A stretch of DNA of 64,000 bases from positions 62,001 through 126,000 of the forward strand of contig ADNK01002325.1 of the NCBI GenBank assembly GCA_000320545.1, given 5' to 3'. A program made the position numbers and the translations under genes. The stretch's first letter is position 1, and each line of letters begins with the position of its first letter. This document shows positions 41,528 to 53,692 of the stretch, piece after piece. The notes under the pieces were generated by a model. That model was not told where the DNA came from. It did no database searches and saw only the letters and a program-made list of their open reading frames with translations. The stretch is from Bigelowiella natans CCMP2755. Its lineage: Eukaryota; Protista; Cercozoa.

Positions 41528-44500
41528 ATGCGAAGGAGGCCAGGACTGGCCGGGCTAAAGGCTCAAAAAGCTCGCCAGGTGCTCCTTTGTCTGCGTTGCC
41601 ATTCGATTTTCCGTAATTTATGCACGCTATTTTCTTGCTGAGACTACGAGTGTAGCCACTACTAACTCACAACTACCGTTGTACCATCAGGCAAAGCTTC
41701 AAACTGTCGGAAGAAAGATAGAGGAGGACAACATGGAACACGTACAAAAAGAGCAAAAGAATAACTTTTTTGGATTGTTTAATTTATTCGATATTTCTTC
41801 ATCTATATGTCATTATTCCGTTGTTGATTGAACGATTATTATCGTATCAGATGCAAAAACAGTTGAGTGTGTTTCGGGAGAACCTTGAGGCATTCGCTGC
41901 TAAACATAAAGACAAAATCAATAAGAACCCAGCCTTCAGGTAAATCGAGCGAGAAGATATCTGCTCGTTTTAATCTATGAAACATCATCATCATCCACAA
42001 TTTATCAGCATTGATTTCCAGTCTCTCTTATAACGATAACAAGAACTGTGTTTGAATCTATGCTCGTGTTGTGTTGTGTGTTGCGTGTATGTGTGCGTTC
42101 GGACTCATTAGGCAGAAGTTTCAAATCTTGTGTGCGCGGACTGGGGTCGACCCTCTTGCATGTAATAAATCAATTTTCTTTTAGCTACTGTCTAGTATTT
42201 ACATGGAAAATGAGTTCTGCAAGTTGGTTATCATCATTCTTTCATGACCTGTGAGAACAAAGAGGACAAAAATACGAATTATCTTATACCATTTCCGCTC
42301 TAATAATGGTTATCATCAGCAGTAGCATTCTCATTATCATCGTTTAAATCTTTATCTAGCTCGGCAGGGATTTTGGGCACAAATGCTTGGATTGGGAGGT
42401 GTTGATAACATGACGATAAATATATGATGGTTTGATCTTATCAGTCCTAGCACACAAAACATGTACGCGTGCACGCATGCACACAAAAATTATGCATCGT
42501 GTATTTACATTAAGATGTGTATTTATATTTATGTGTGTGCTTGAAGAGACATACAGAATTATCAATTGCTAGCCATATTCGGCTACATATACCCACACAG
42601 ACACTTGCATCCTTATAAAAAGGGATTTATACATTTTACAAATACTTCAATTGGATGATCACGATGGTTAAATTGATTCTTAGATTTTTATTATGAGCTT
42701 GCAGTGCAGCTTATCCAGCTTTGCCTGGTAGGTAGTATTGGTCAGTGCATGATCGTTCAGTGACATAGGGAGGATTTTTATTGCTGGAAGTAGAGAAGCT
42801 GCCTGTCATCATTATCATCAATATCATCATCTGTATATAGCAAAAGGGAAAAAGCACCATTATCAGCAGCAGCATCATGATTTCTCATCAATCCATCTAG
42901 GCTCTCCGTGAGGAAAATGGAGGATTGATATCCCTGAATGACCTGCACAAGGTACATGTGAGAGTAGTCAGTTTGAAGAGGGACAAATCACGTCGAGGAG
43001 GAGGAGGGAGGAAAAGATTATAATACCAGCAAATAAATGCGAATTATTGTATGTTTTATAGGAATTATCGAGGAGAAGAGGCCGTCATCAGCAAGAAGCA
43101 TCGATGTTGTTTAGTAGATAATTGATACAACTATGATGAAATACGACTATTACTACTACTACTACTACTTCTTCTTCTATTCGTTTTATCACAACAACCA
43201 AAAGCTCTAAGAAGCCTCTTTGAGTTTATGATTGTGTTGACAATATCCCTACCAGACAAGATGTAGAACAGGCAATAGAGAAGGTTAGTGTTGGCGACGG
43301 ACTATCAATACTCGATTGATGCTTTTACCCAGTCACCAATCAGCAATCAAAATAAGTAGATAATATATTATTTGCTTCACCACTTCCAATCGAGTGGTTA
43401 TATACCGGCATAATGGGAAAGATATCATAAAATAGAAGATATAGTTCACTGTCTTCTCCTCCTCTTTTTTCTGTCCCTCTTCTTGTCCTTCTCTCTCGTC
43501 TTTCGCCGTACTTCATTCAATAATTTTTCTTATTCTTTTAAGGTTCAATGTCTTGGATCTGGTTTTCGAATCACACAGGTAGTGTGTGTGTGTGTGTGTG
43601 TTTTATTACAAACGACCAAGCATTTTTACTATTGAGAAAGGAGGACATGATAACAACAATGATAATAGTAATAAGCTACCTAATCACCTGCTAGAGAACA
43701 TGATGATAGTATTTAAAGCTACAAATAAATAGTTCTACGAAAGATAATAGGTAGTAGTAATTAGTAGTGCTTTGCAACATTACGATCACATCGGCATTTT
43801 TTTATCAATGATCAATGTCGCCGCAACCATCAATACACGTAACCCCCCCCCCCTCAGATGGGAGGGGAAGCGATGGTGATTTCTGTACCGACGGAGCTCA
43901 ATACGGTAGAGTAACACAAATTCAATAAAGGAAAGCGGACAGGAAGAGAGACAGGGCAGAATTTAAGCAAAGAAGAAGAAAAATAATAAAGTGTTAGCAT
44001 AAATACATGTGAACGTTTAACAATCTCAGGATCATGCGGCCATTCTGAGTCTGGCTAAGGTATTAGATTCACTGCTACTACAATATCACTACTACTCCAT
44101 GCTATTACCTTGTTTCTTCTCCCCTTTCTCCTTACTTCCTCCGCCAATGCTTATCTTCAACCAGTCACATGGCCAAGGCAGTGGTGGAGGATACTTCGTC
44201 ACCATAAAAATGGCGATGGCAAAGCTTAAATGGCATAGACAACGAATCATCACTTGTCTGGTATTCGAATGATAATGATGATAACATGATATGATTGTCA
44301 TGGAGATATGTATGCGCTAAACTAATGGATATGTAATGTTGATGTTAATGATCAGGAACCTATGGTACAGGATAGTATGGTGTGGCTTTGTGATCAAGAA
44401 GGGGCAGGTGCTAGTGGTAGCAAGTGGCGAGCAGCGATTAGCGTTTTAGGATGGGGAGATAATGACAATGAAGTAGGGAAGAATATTATTGAGAACCAGT

Positions 44501-44617
44501 GAAGGAGTAGTTAGAGAGTATGCAATAGAACGGAATAAAGATGAACTTATTAACATCGAGGTTTTTCCTGACGGAGTATTTTGTTCTTTTGCCAAAATTC
44601 CCTACGCAAACATCCCT

Positions 44618-44649
<32 letters not shown>

Positions 44650-44780
44650 TCGTGTATCCATATATACATACATGTCAACATAATATGTTCATGCGTATTT
44701 TTGTGCATGTGCTTTGTTCATGTTGACCAGGTGAGGAGGAAGGAAGACAGTACTGGTTTGCATGTCTTGCCATTAGTTGA
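41528..44780 (+). CDS. SNF8: ESCRT-II subunit Vps22/EAP30 (15 exons; absent from the ORF track)
   Basis: Spliced product MRRRPGLAGL...[71 protein letters not shown]...ENGGLI...LGSGF...ISVPTELNTDH...QYWF. All introns are GT-AG and phase-consistent. Confidence 0.95.
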
Positions 44781-45692
44781 TGAGCTAGACTAAAATGAAA
44801 TTGCACACCCGTATGAAGCTCTCAGTGCATTTCCTCAGATGCATTGTTGTGTGGTGTCTTGTAATCAGCATGCATTGACCGTTGTACAGTCATCTAGCAC
44901 AGCATCAATCATCCTCGCCGGTTGGCTGGCACACATCTAGACATGCACAAGTTCTAGAGTTAAACAGCCGGAAAGTTGTGACGAACATGCATCACATTGA
45001 TGATGAGCACATAATTAGACATGCATGTCATGCTTCGCATGCGATCCAGCACATGCGATGAAATTAAGTGTGCACCAGTTGGAATGCTGTCCAACTCATG
45101 TGCGACATGAACACCGTCATGAACATGCAGCAATTTCAGCTGCAGCATCCACAAAGCTAGCTAGCTAGAAAGGAAGGCCTTCAACTAAACAGAATGATTT
45201 CCCTCCAAAATTGCTAGTTTTCATGCTAGCATGCTAACCGTTCATCCTCCCGTGAATTGGAAATGTTTGGAAGATTGGCTTGTCTGGATCCTTGGCGAGA
45301 TTGGAGAGCCTTTGGAGAACCGAGGAGGGAGATGTAGCAAGTGATCAGCATGTCAAGTAATGAGCAACGACCAAAGGTTAAAGCAAAGACTTGCTTAACA
45401 AACACATTCATGTCTTGCGACAATACTTATTCGTTGATTCTTCGTAGAAAACGCTCTCATCTCAGTTCTGGGAGCAGCATCAGCATCAGTTTTCCCGAAA
45501 TTTTCGGCATTGTTATAGAACCAAAACGGCATTCATTTGCTACATGCGTCTTTGTTGGAAACTGATTAGGTACAACCTGCAGCCGATTCTCCCTTGGTGT
45601 TTCTGCTCAAGGAGGGAAATACCCGGCTTTTTATCGGAGAAAGGTTACTTTGTTTATGTCGCAGAACGATATGAGGGCCTTTATTTCTGAGC

Positions 45693-46174
45693 ATGCCCTG
45701 GTACTTTGATCTCATTTCGGTCTGCGAGTTACTACCTGGGAGCCTGCTGCCATCCGACGACGACGAACCAATGGTGCCTCAGGGCACAATTGGTGGCATC
45801 AGTATTGCCCGCGCTATTCGCAAGGCACTTCTTGCGGTTGGTGTAGTTCTGTCTGTGGGAAGGCTGTTGGGAAGCTGGGTTTCGCGCGCAGCATCGGGCA
45901 TCATGTCCCCTCCAGACGAAGATTCTGATCGGGACATTGTAGAGGTGAAGGAATCATGAATTTGCGTGTTAATTGGCGATTGTTGAGAGCTTCTTGTTGA
46001 TTCATCGCATTCACCAACAGGGGTTGAGACGAACTCGGATTAAGATTGCGAATATGACCACCGAGCAGTTCTCTGAATGGCTGGGCAAGCTCAATCCACT
46101 GTAGTCTTATCATCATAAGAACGGTTTCACAGCACGCTTCCTTTACGTAAATCATGATTCTACATTCTTCCATG

Positions 46175-46249
<75 letters not shown>

Positions 46250-47952
46250 TCTATCTCCCTCCCCCATCAATATCATCATTATGATCATTGCTATATTTCT
46301 TCTCTTTACCTGTTCTTACTTTTCCCTAGATACTTAGACTCAAAGATAATCTCCAGGGATCCACCTTCCCTTAAAGAAGACCTTGTGTACCAACTAATGA
46401 CCGAGGAGCACTTTTTATCTCAGCAGCATGGTGGAAATAACGAATACGATGAAGCCAAACTGAGTCAGAATTCATCAAAGAAGGTCTCTAGCGAGCGCGA
46501 ATCCAAGTATGCATACGAGGATAACCGGGAAATACGTAAGGTTATCAATACAGATGGTAGCATAGGTTCTTTCTTGACGTTGAGGGCTGCCGACTTGAAG
46601 GTGAATCGTTTTACATCCTAAGACCATCTTCAAAACTAATTGTGGGGTGCCAGCAGCGGAGAGCACTGCCTTGATACTTGCATCCTGTTAATGAATCTTC
46701 CCACGCAGATCGGTGCGAAGATTGGGGAGGGAAATTTTTCCATCGTTCGACTGGTGACAGTGAAAGTGTCGGGAGTGAAGCACGTGATAAAGATACCGAA
46801 GGGGAAGGGCAGCGCATCACCGGAACAAATCGAGGAGATCATGATGATGCGACAGATTCCACCGCATCGAAACTTGCTGAGGCTGCTTGGGATAGCTGAA
46901 TTTAATGGCAAATGGTGCACTCTTACTGAGTTTTGCTGGCACGGCAGCCTCAATAAGTTGCATTATAAATTTGATTTCACCCGTCCTGCCCTGTTTCAGG
47001 TTGTCGGACGAGCATTTGCACCTCAATTTCATATTTTTGAAAGAGATAATTGAAGCACATACACCTCCACACCTTCGATTATCATCAATGCAATGCCACT
47101 TGTTTTTCTTTGTTTCGGAACCATTTATGTGCTGCAACCTTGTCACTTTGGCCTCCACGATCAGAGGATTATCCGTGGCGTCATATCGGGTCTGGGAAAG
47201 CTGCACCAGCAGAACATCGTGCACAGGGACTTGGCGTGCCGGAATATCTTCATTGGGAAGGACCTTGAGGCCAAGATAGCTGATTTTGGCCTAGCAGAAA
47301 AGTTGATACCTCAGCACCCTCATCATCCTCCCTTGAGGATGGCATGGGCTTGGATGCCTCCGGAAGCCTTCGATCGGAGAAATTTTCGATTCACGACGAA
47401 AGGAGACATATGGAGCTTGGCGGTTGTGATCTGGGAGATCCTAACGGTATACTATCAACGGATATGCATGCCTCCCTCTCATGCCTGTCTGTAGTGTCAC
47501 TCTAGTGCTACTCTGTGTGTGTGTGTGTGTGTAGTTGTTGCTAAATTGAGAACAGTAGCAATGGTTGTTTTTCGAGTTATCATAATTATTTACTTATTGC
47601 CCCCGTCGCCATACATAGCGAGAGAGTCCCCAAGCTCGTTACGAGGAGATGGAGGGCACAAAGGCGGAGATTTGGCACAGAATCTTTCGTGGCCTTGCGC
47701 GCTTGTCTCTCCCAGCTGATGTTGCTTCGAGCAACCCCCTTGCGCAGTTACTGTACGATGCATGCTTAAAGAGGGAACCAGAGGACCGTCCTTCTACTGT
47801 GGAGCTCATTAGAGCAATCGACAAGTACAAGCACAGAGAGGAAGAAGCAGGGGCACCACCAGCAGGAGGAGGAGGAGGAGGGGGTAAAGACGCCGAGGGA
47901 AGGAGAGAATCAAAAGCAAGTTATAAGAAGAGAACGACAAGGGCCAAAGTAG

Positions 47953-47985
<33 letters not shown>

Positions 47986-48436
47986 TCAATAGCGTACAGC
48001 AGTCTCTTGGTAGGGATATGAAAAAGGAGGTGTATTCAGAAGATGCGGGAATAGCAGCAGTTGGAGGCGAAGGAGGGAAAGAAGCATTGCATTCATTGCC
48101 CTTGTCTCCGTGGTCAACTACGTCTTTTTCTTCTTCCTCCACCTCCACATCGTATCCGTCATCATCCTCATCGTCATCGTCATCCTCATCGTTCTTCGAA
48201 AATTGGAGTGCGCGTCCCCGTGAAAGACTGGGACATGAGCGAAAGGTCGTTGTTGTGGGTGGTGGAATTATAGGCACCTCAACAGCTATGTGGCTCGCAA
48301 TGAGAGGCGTGCGGGTGACGATGGTGGAGCAATGGCGAATTGCTGGAGCTGCCTCAGGAAAGGCTGGAGGTTTTCTTAGAAGAGATACCAAGCCAGGTCC
48401 TACACGGATGCTGCACAAGAAGGGTCTTATGGTAAG

Positions 48437-48477
<41 letters not shown>

Positions 48478-50182
48478 ACTACCTATATATTCGGGCTTCT
48501 GTTTCTGGTAGTAGTAGTAGTAATAGTAGTAGTAGTAGCAGCAGCAGCAGCAGCAGTGACTATTTGTTTTTGCTGTGAAACAACAACACAACAACAACAC
48601 TACTTCAGCTGCACCGTGAGCTGGCATCGAAGCTGAAGCTCAAGTCGTTCCGAGAAACGCACATCCTCAAAGTATGGACACAAGATCCAATGCGGATGAA
48701 GCCCACACCGAAGACATGCCCCTGGCTCGATGGCCACGTGTCCTATTACGAAGAGACGCGAGAAAGCTTGCTAGGACAGGGCTGTGCAACTGCACAAGTC
48801 ACACCTTCGGAGTGCGTGGATAAGGTGCCAGCTTTAGAAAGGACGTTATCATCATAGTTGCGGTTGTTGTTATCCTACCTAATTTTTCCTTCTTTGTTTA
48901 AGATGTGGAAACATGCTCAAGCGCATGGAGCTGAGCTTCTTATCGGCAATGTAAACGGAGTAATCAGAGACGAAGATGGTTGACAATATGAATATTACAC
49001 CCACAACACACACACACACACACGCGTATTTATACATGTATTTTCCGTCCTAATTCTCACCTTCCATAGGAAAGGTAAGCAGAGTGAAAGTGTCTATTCG
49101 AAAGGGAAGGAGTGTAGATGGCAGTTATAGTGCGGACAACGGGGGAGGCAGTATTAGAAGAGAGGTTGCCGACACCGAGAAAAAGGGGATCCAGGATGAA
49201 AATGAAGATAGTGAGCAGCCAACACAAGTCGAGCTAAAAGCCGACGCATTCGTATTTGCCATGGGGCCTTGGACTGTGATGTGCGAACGATGGTTTCCGG
49301 ATATTGATATTCCAATGGTAGGCATAAAGAATTCAAGCGTCGTTCTCAGATCATCCTCCTTCTCCTCCTCCTCCTCCTCCCCATCCTCCTCCTCCGCATC
49401 ATCGTTATCATCGTTGGTATCATTACCGACATCACCAGCATACTCCCACAGAAGAAACAAACCAGATGCAAAGGAGGAGGGAAAGAGGGAGGGGGGTGGA
49501 GCTGCGGCAAATACAATGCCTCCGGTGGTGGTCGTCGTTGCCGAGAAAGAGAAAAATGGCTGTGTTCCCAGGGTATTATTAATGTTGCCGCATAATAAAT
49601 AGTAGTTAATAGTAGTTATGGTAGTTGTTGCCGTGAGATGTGCAATCAAGGAAAAACACGGTCAAAAGGGAGAATAAGATAATGATGATGGTGATGATAA
49701 TGTTGATGCAATAGGTAATTCCGAGGCCAAATGGCGACATTTATATATGTGGATGCGGCGGCAACACAATCCTTCGCAGCCACGAGCTTGTAAACGGTAG
49801 GAATGGCCCAGAAAACATGCTTCCGCAGCAAGAACGCGTGCAAGCAGTAATGGAATCGTTCGCGAGCATGTCTTCGACAATGTCGAGAAGACAGCCAGAT
49901 GTAGCACAGGCCTGCATGAGGCCCTGCACGAGCGATGGACTGCCAATTATGGGCAGAATTCCGGGCTCGCAGAACGCGTTCATCTCCACGGGACACAATT
50001 GTTGGGGAATCCTTTGGGGACCGATCTCGGGCCTGGCCATGGCTGAGCTTATTCTTGAAGGCAGGTGCACGTTTCTCCGAAACATCAGTGCATTCTCGCC
50101 AGAACGTTTCAGTTGGACGAAGAAGAAGCTGCCAACAATGTATGATTACGTCGGCGGTTCGTTGGCAGAATCAAATAAATGA
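45693..50182 (+). CDS. Protein kinase with tyrosine-kinase signature fused to FAD-dependent oxidoreductase (DAO superfamily, TDA3/Btn3-like)
   Basis: Kinase: IGEGNFSIV, VIK, HRDLACRN (47222-47245), KIADFG, WMPPE, DIWSLAVVIWE, PEDRP. Oxidoreductase: VVVVGGGIIG (48258-48275), AASGKAGGFL, TAQVTP, AMGPW, QACMRPCTSDGLPIMG, TGHNCWGILWGPISGLAMAELI. ORF 47649-48578 carries both in one frame. The N-terminus has a hydrophobic segment. Confidence 0.85.
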
Positions 50183-50219
50183 AACCGTTGCAAATAGTAA
50201 CAGCTGTCAAATGTCTACA

Positions 50220-50830
50220 TTTCTGGCCGGTACATGGCATGCCATGCTAGCTAGCTAGCATGTGAGTGCGCCTAGCTCACGTGTGAACTCCCAACCTCAC
50301 AATTGATGTTGTCACAAAAGGCAGTGTGCATGCTAGCATGCACAGGCAGTTCTGACACATCTGCATGTCATCTGGAGATCTAGCTAGCTAGCCTGCATGT
50401 GACAATGATGATTCTGCTCGCATCGTCAATTGCTTGGGTTCACATCGCGAATCATTTGCCATCTAATCATGCTGAAATGCTAGAATGGTCTAGTTTTGCA
50501 GCAATTTAGTGATGTCTCTGTGTGATTGTTTAGTTGTGTGACATTAACATCTCTAGATCTAGCTAGCTTGTTGTGCTCTAGTGCTGCAAAGCATGCTAGC
50601 GCATGCATGGTTCATCGTGCCTGCTAGCCTGTACAGTTCATCACACAAGCACTTGTCTCAATGAAGGCAGCAGCACCTAGCTAGCTAGCTAGCTAGTAGC
50701 CTTTTAGCTGCTATTATACTCGCTAGCTCACTGCACGTACGTGGCACAGCTATGCAGACCTCTAGACCCTAGAGACATGCAGTGTGTTGAAATTGTCGTA
50801 GGCATCAAGCTAGCAAGGCTTAGAGGGGAC
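50220..50830. repeat. CTAG/CATG palindrome-rich block in a convergent intergenic gap
   Basis: Perfect 20-bp palindromes CATGCTAGCTAGCTAGCATG (50243-50262) and TGTGCATGCTAGCATGCACA (50325-50344); (CTAG)n at 50678-50696. Confidence 0.8.
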
Positions 50831-51089
50831 ACATATCGGCCTTGGTGGCTAGAAGGTTTAATTTACTTAACAGCGAGATGTTGATTACATTCCTAGCTGT
50901 ATAGGCCACACGAATTTGCTGGGCACATATGTTACATGGCCCAACGATGCGATGTACAGAGTCTAAATGCTACGACATGCACGCACACCACAAATTATCA
51001 CATTTATATCAGTGGATGATGAACTTACATGCTACGATGTGGCTCTTACTTGCATTTTGTACAATTAAGAGCAAGCTGGGTTGCTGTTC

Positions 51090-52004
51090 CTACTTACGAT
51101 GATGTTTCTTTTTCCCCTTACGTTCTACGCCTTGCTGAACGTAGATGGACGAGTATTCTTTGTAGGGAATTGCTCTCGGACATCCTAGCCTATATGAAAC
51201 GCCGTCCCATACATACTTTCGATCATACCAGAATGGTATTGCTTCAAGCTCGCGCACTCCTGTTTCCTTACGGACAGGTGGGTTTGTCGCCACAACGGCG
51301 TGAACAACAGCATATGCTTTCTGCCTTTCCATACCGTTTGCGCATAATGCCAGAATATCGCAGCCCCATCCAAGTAGAATAGGATCGTACATGTTCATGA
51401 ATTTAGTCAATGCTTTCCTTGAAAACAGGTAGGAGTTCAACTCCACAAAGTTGGTGTAGGTGAGGAGCAGGTTTGAATCTTCTTTGTGAATGGTCTCATT
51501 GAAGCTGATCGCGCTGGTTTTGTTATCGAAGGACGGCATTGTAATATCCAAAGAATGTTCATGGGATATATCAAACATCAAATTGATATCCTTCACGCCA
51601 TTGCGGAAGGTGATATCATCATCAAGAAGGAAAAAGTAATCGTACTCATCTATGATGGAATTCCTCTTGCTGAAGACGAAGTTGAAAAAATTTTGCATCT
51701 TGGAGCCGTGTCCTCTAATGCAATATTTGCTGTTTGCCTTGTAATCCTGAAATTGCTGCTCATCTTTACCGTAATAGACGGTAAAGACGTCATAGTTCTG
51801 ACCAGGCCCAGTCCAGTTTTCAACCCATCCACTATTGTCTCCCGCCGATGTGAATACCAACTTTTTCCCAGTCATCACTTCCAAATCATCATAATTTTCT
51901 TTCTTAGCAACAGGATCAGCATCAAGTTTCCTTGATCGCTCGTTCCAGACCGCCCGTACGGGGGGAAAGGAAACCAAGCACCACGCAAAGATGGTAGCCA
52001 ACAT
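51090..52004 (-). CDS. Intronless secreted or Golgi GT-A-like glycosyltransferase, DUF707-like
   Basis: Signal-like N-terminus; YDYFFLLDDDI (DxD-type motif), LDITMPS, TNFVELNSYLFSRKA and GWGCD match the DUF707 pattern (YIFIWDED / QP / FVE..P.FSR / GWG.D). Confidence 0.65.
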   Translation of the reverse strand: MLATIFAWCLVSFPPVRAVWNERSRKLDADPVAKKENYDDLEVMTGKKLVFTSAGDNSGWVENWTGPGQNYDVFTVYYGKDEQQFQDYKANSKYCIRGHGSKMQNFFNFVFSKRNSIIDEYDYFFLLDDDITFRNGVKDINLMFDISHEHSLDITMPSFDNKTSAISFNETIHKEDSNLLLTYTNFVELNSYLFSRKALTKFMNMYDPILLGWGCDILALCANGMERQKAYAVVHAVVATNPPVRKETGVRELEAIPFWYDRKYVWDGVSYRLGCPRAIPYKEYSSIYVQQGVERKGKKKHHRK

Positions 52005-52398
52005 CCAGTTTTGGTAGGGAGAGCGAATGAGAAGGAACGAAGAAGAAAGAAGTGTTAGTTAAGACCACTTTTGGGAGATTCTTATGCCAAATTGAATCCA
52101 ACTTCTATTAACGACATGATATCATACATGCCGCAATAAATAATGTCAGGTCTTATTTTTCCTCTCCAAGATCGAAATCATCCTGTTCAAAGAGGCAATA
52201 GCTTCTGACATACACAGGAGGTTTCCCCTGAAAACCGTCCTGATTTCCTCCATCATACTTAAAATGTTCTGCATTTGGGAAGCAGGAATAATCGAAAATC
52301 CCAATAGGAAATACCAAAGAATAGGAGTCATTTGAGCTTCGTTGTCGCAGATCCAAAACCGTGTTACATTTTATCTTATACGACTCCCAAAATATGAT

Positions 52399-52470
52399 CG
52401 AAATTTTATTTCACTTTCCGAAATTTTATTTCACTTTCCGAAATTTTATTTCACTTTCCGAAATTTTATT
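52399..52470. repeat. Perfect 20-bp tandem repeat (CGAAATTTTATTTCACTTTC) x3.6 in a divergent promoter region
   Basis: Read directly from the sequence. It has no spacers and ends 73 bp upstream of the ATG at 52544. Confidence 0.95.
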
Positions 52471-52543
52471 GTGCTACGAGTCGCATCGCAATGTACATTA
52501 AGGAGTTACCTACTCTGCCTTAGAGGAGGAGGGAAGGCTCAGC

Positions 52544-53632
52544 ATGTGCGGTAGAATATGGCGTGTCCTTCGCGTCGAATTAAGTCTATTTGTTCTCTAT
52601 CTCGTTCTAATGGTTACGAATGTGGGAGCGGACAAGTATGCAGCCTTGTCCATCTACCTGTGTGTCGTGATCGGTGCGAGCTTGGCAAATAGCCTCTTAC
52701 TTCATCTCAGCTCGGTATTATTCGATGATGGGAGTGACATACCAACCTCTTCAACCCTACTTCATTCCTTATCTTCTCTTTTTTAGAAGGTGCGAAACAT
52801 CCGGAACCAGTTGCCCATGCCAATCCGGTCTCTCGGCGTTTCAGTCCTTGTCCTGCTGGTGATGATTCTCATTATTCTGGCAACATTTGGGTCCGACAAA
52901 GCGTACGGGGAGTACGTAAAACTTAATGGCATCTTGGAACAGGTTGTTCAGATTATGACCTGTCGACACCAACTACCAAACTAAAGACAGTTTACAAAGA
53001 CCTCATGAATACCATCACTCATCCATGCATACATCTAGTATGCAACAGAACTGTGCCAAATGAAATATAGATGTGAGAGTGAAGAGGCAAAGAAGTTATA
53101 TCTTTAAACCGACATATTATCGGCATGCTATCATAGGGACGGGTGATTATTGGCGGTGATGAGAGCTTCGCACGAGAATATTTCATGGAACAGAAAGATC
53201 AACATTTAAAGCACGCCCGTAATTTCACTCTGCGGAGGTCGTGGGGACTGATTGGATATCCAAATGCTGCCAGCGTCTCATGGGAAGACCTCATTTCTTT
53301 CAGGTTTCATATAGATGATTTTAGGACCGATACTAGCGATCAAAGTTATATTAACCTGACTGTGTTTATTAATGTGCATGATCATTGTCATGTATGTCTC
53401 TGCCAATAACGCTGTCTTCGGGTATCAATCACCTCTACAACAAATAAACGACGGTAGGATACAGCGTATGGCCGATTTGCTGGAACAGGAGGATGTACAT
53501 GACTTCTTGATTGAGAAGGATAAGTAAGAAGATGGAAATAGATCGTTCTGATAATGATGACGATGCTGGTGCAATGATACCACCATCACGTAAACATCTC
53601 ACAAGCATTGTTATCGCTTGACTTTGCGCTTT

Positions 53633-53692
<60 letters not shown>

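Noticed and set aside
41528-50182. Functional cluster of trafficking genes (GOSR1, SNF8, Btn3-like, ATG27)
   Set aside because: These are common housekeeping genes, and adjacency in a gene-dense genome is plausibly chance without synteny evidence.
52399-52470. Possible CRISPR-like array
   Set aside because: Head-to-tail repeats with no spacers, no cas genes and a eukaryotic context.
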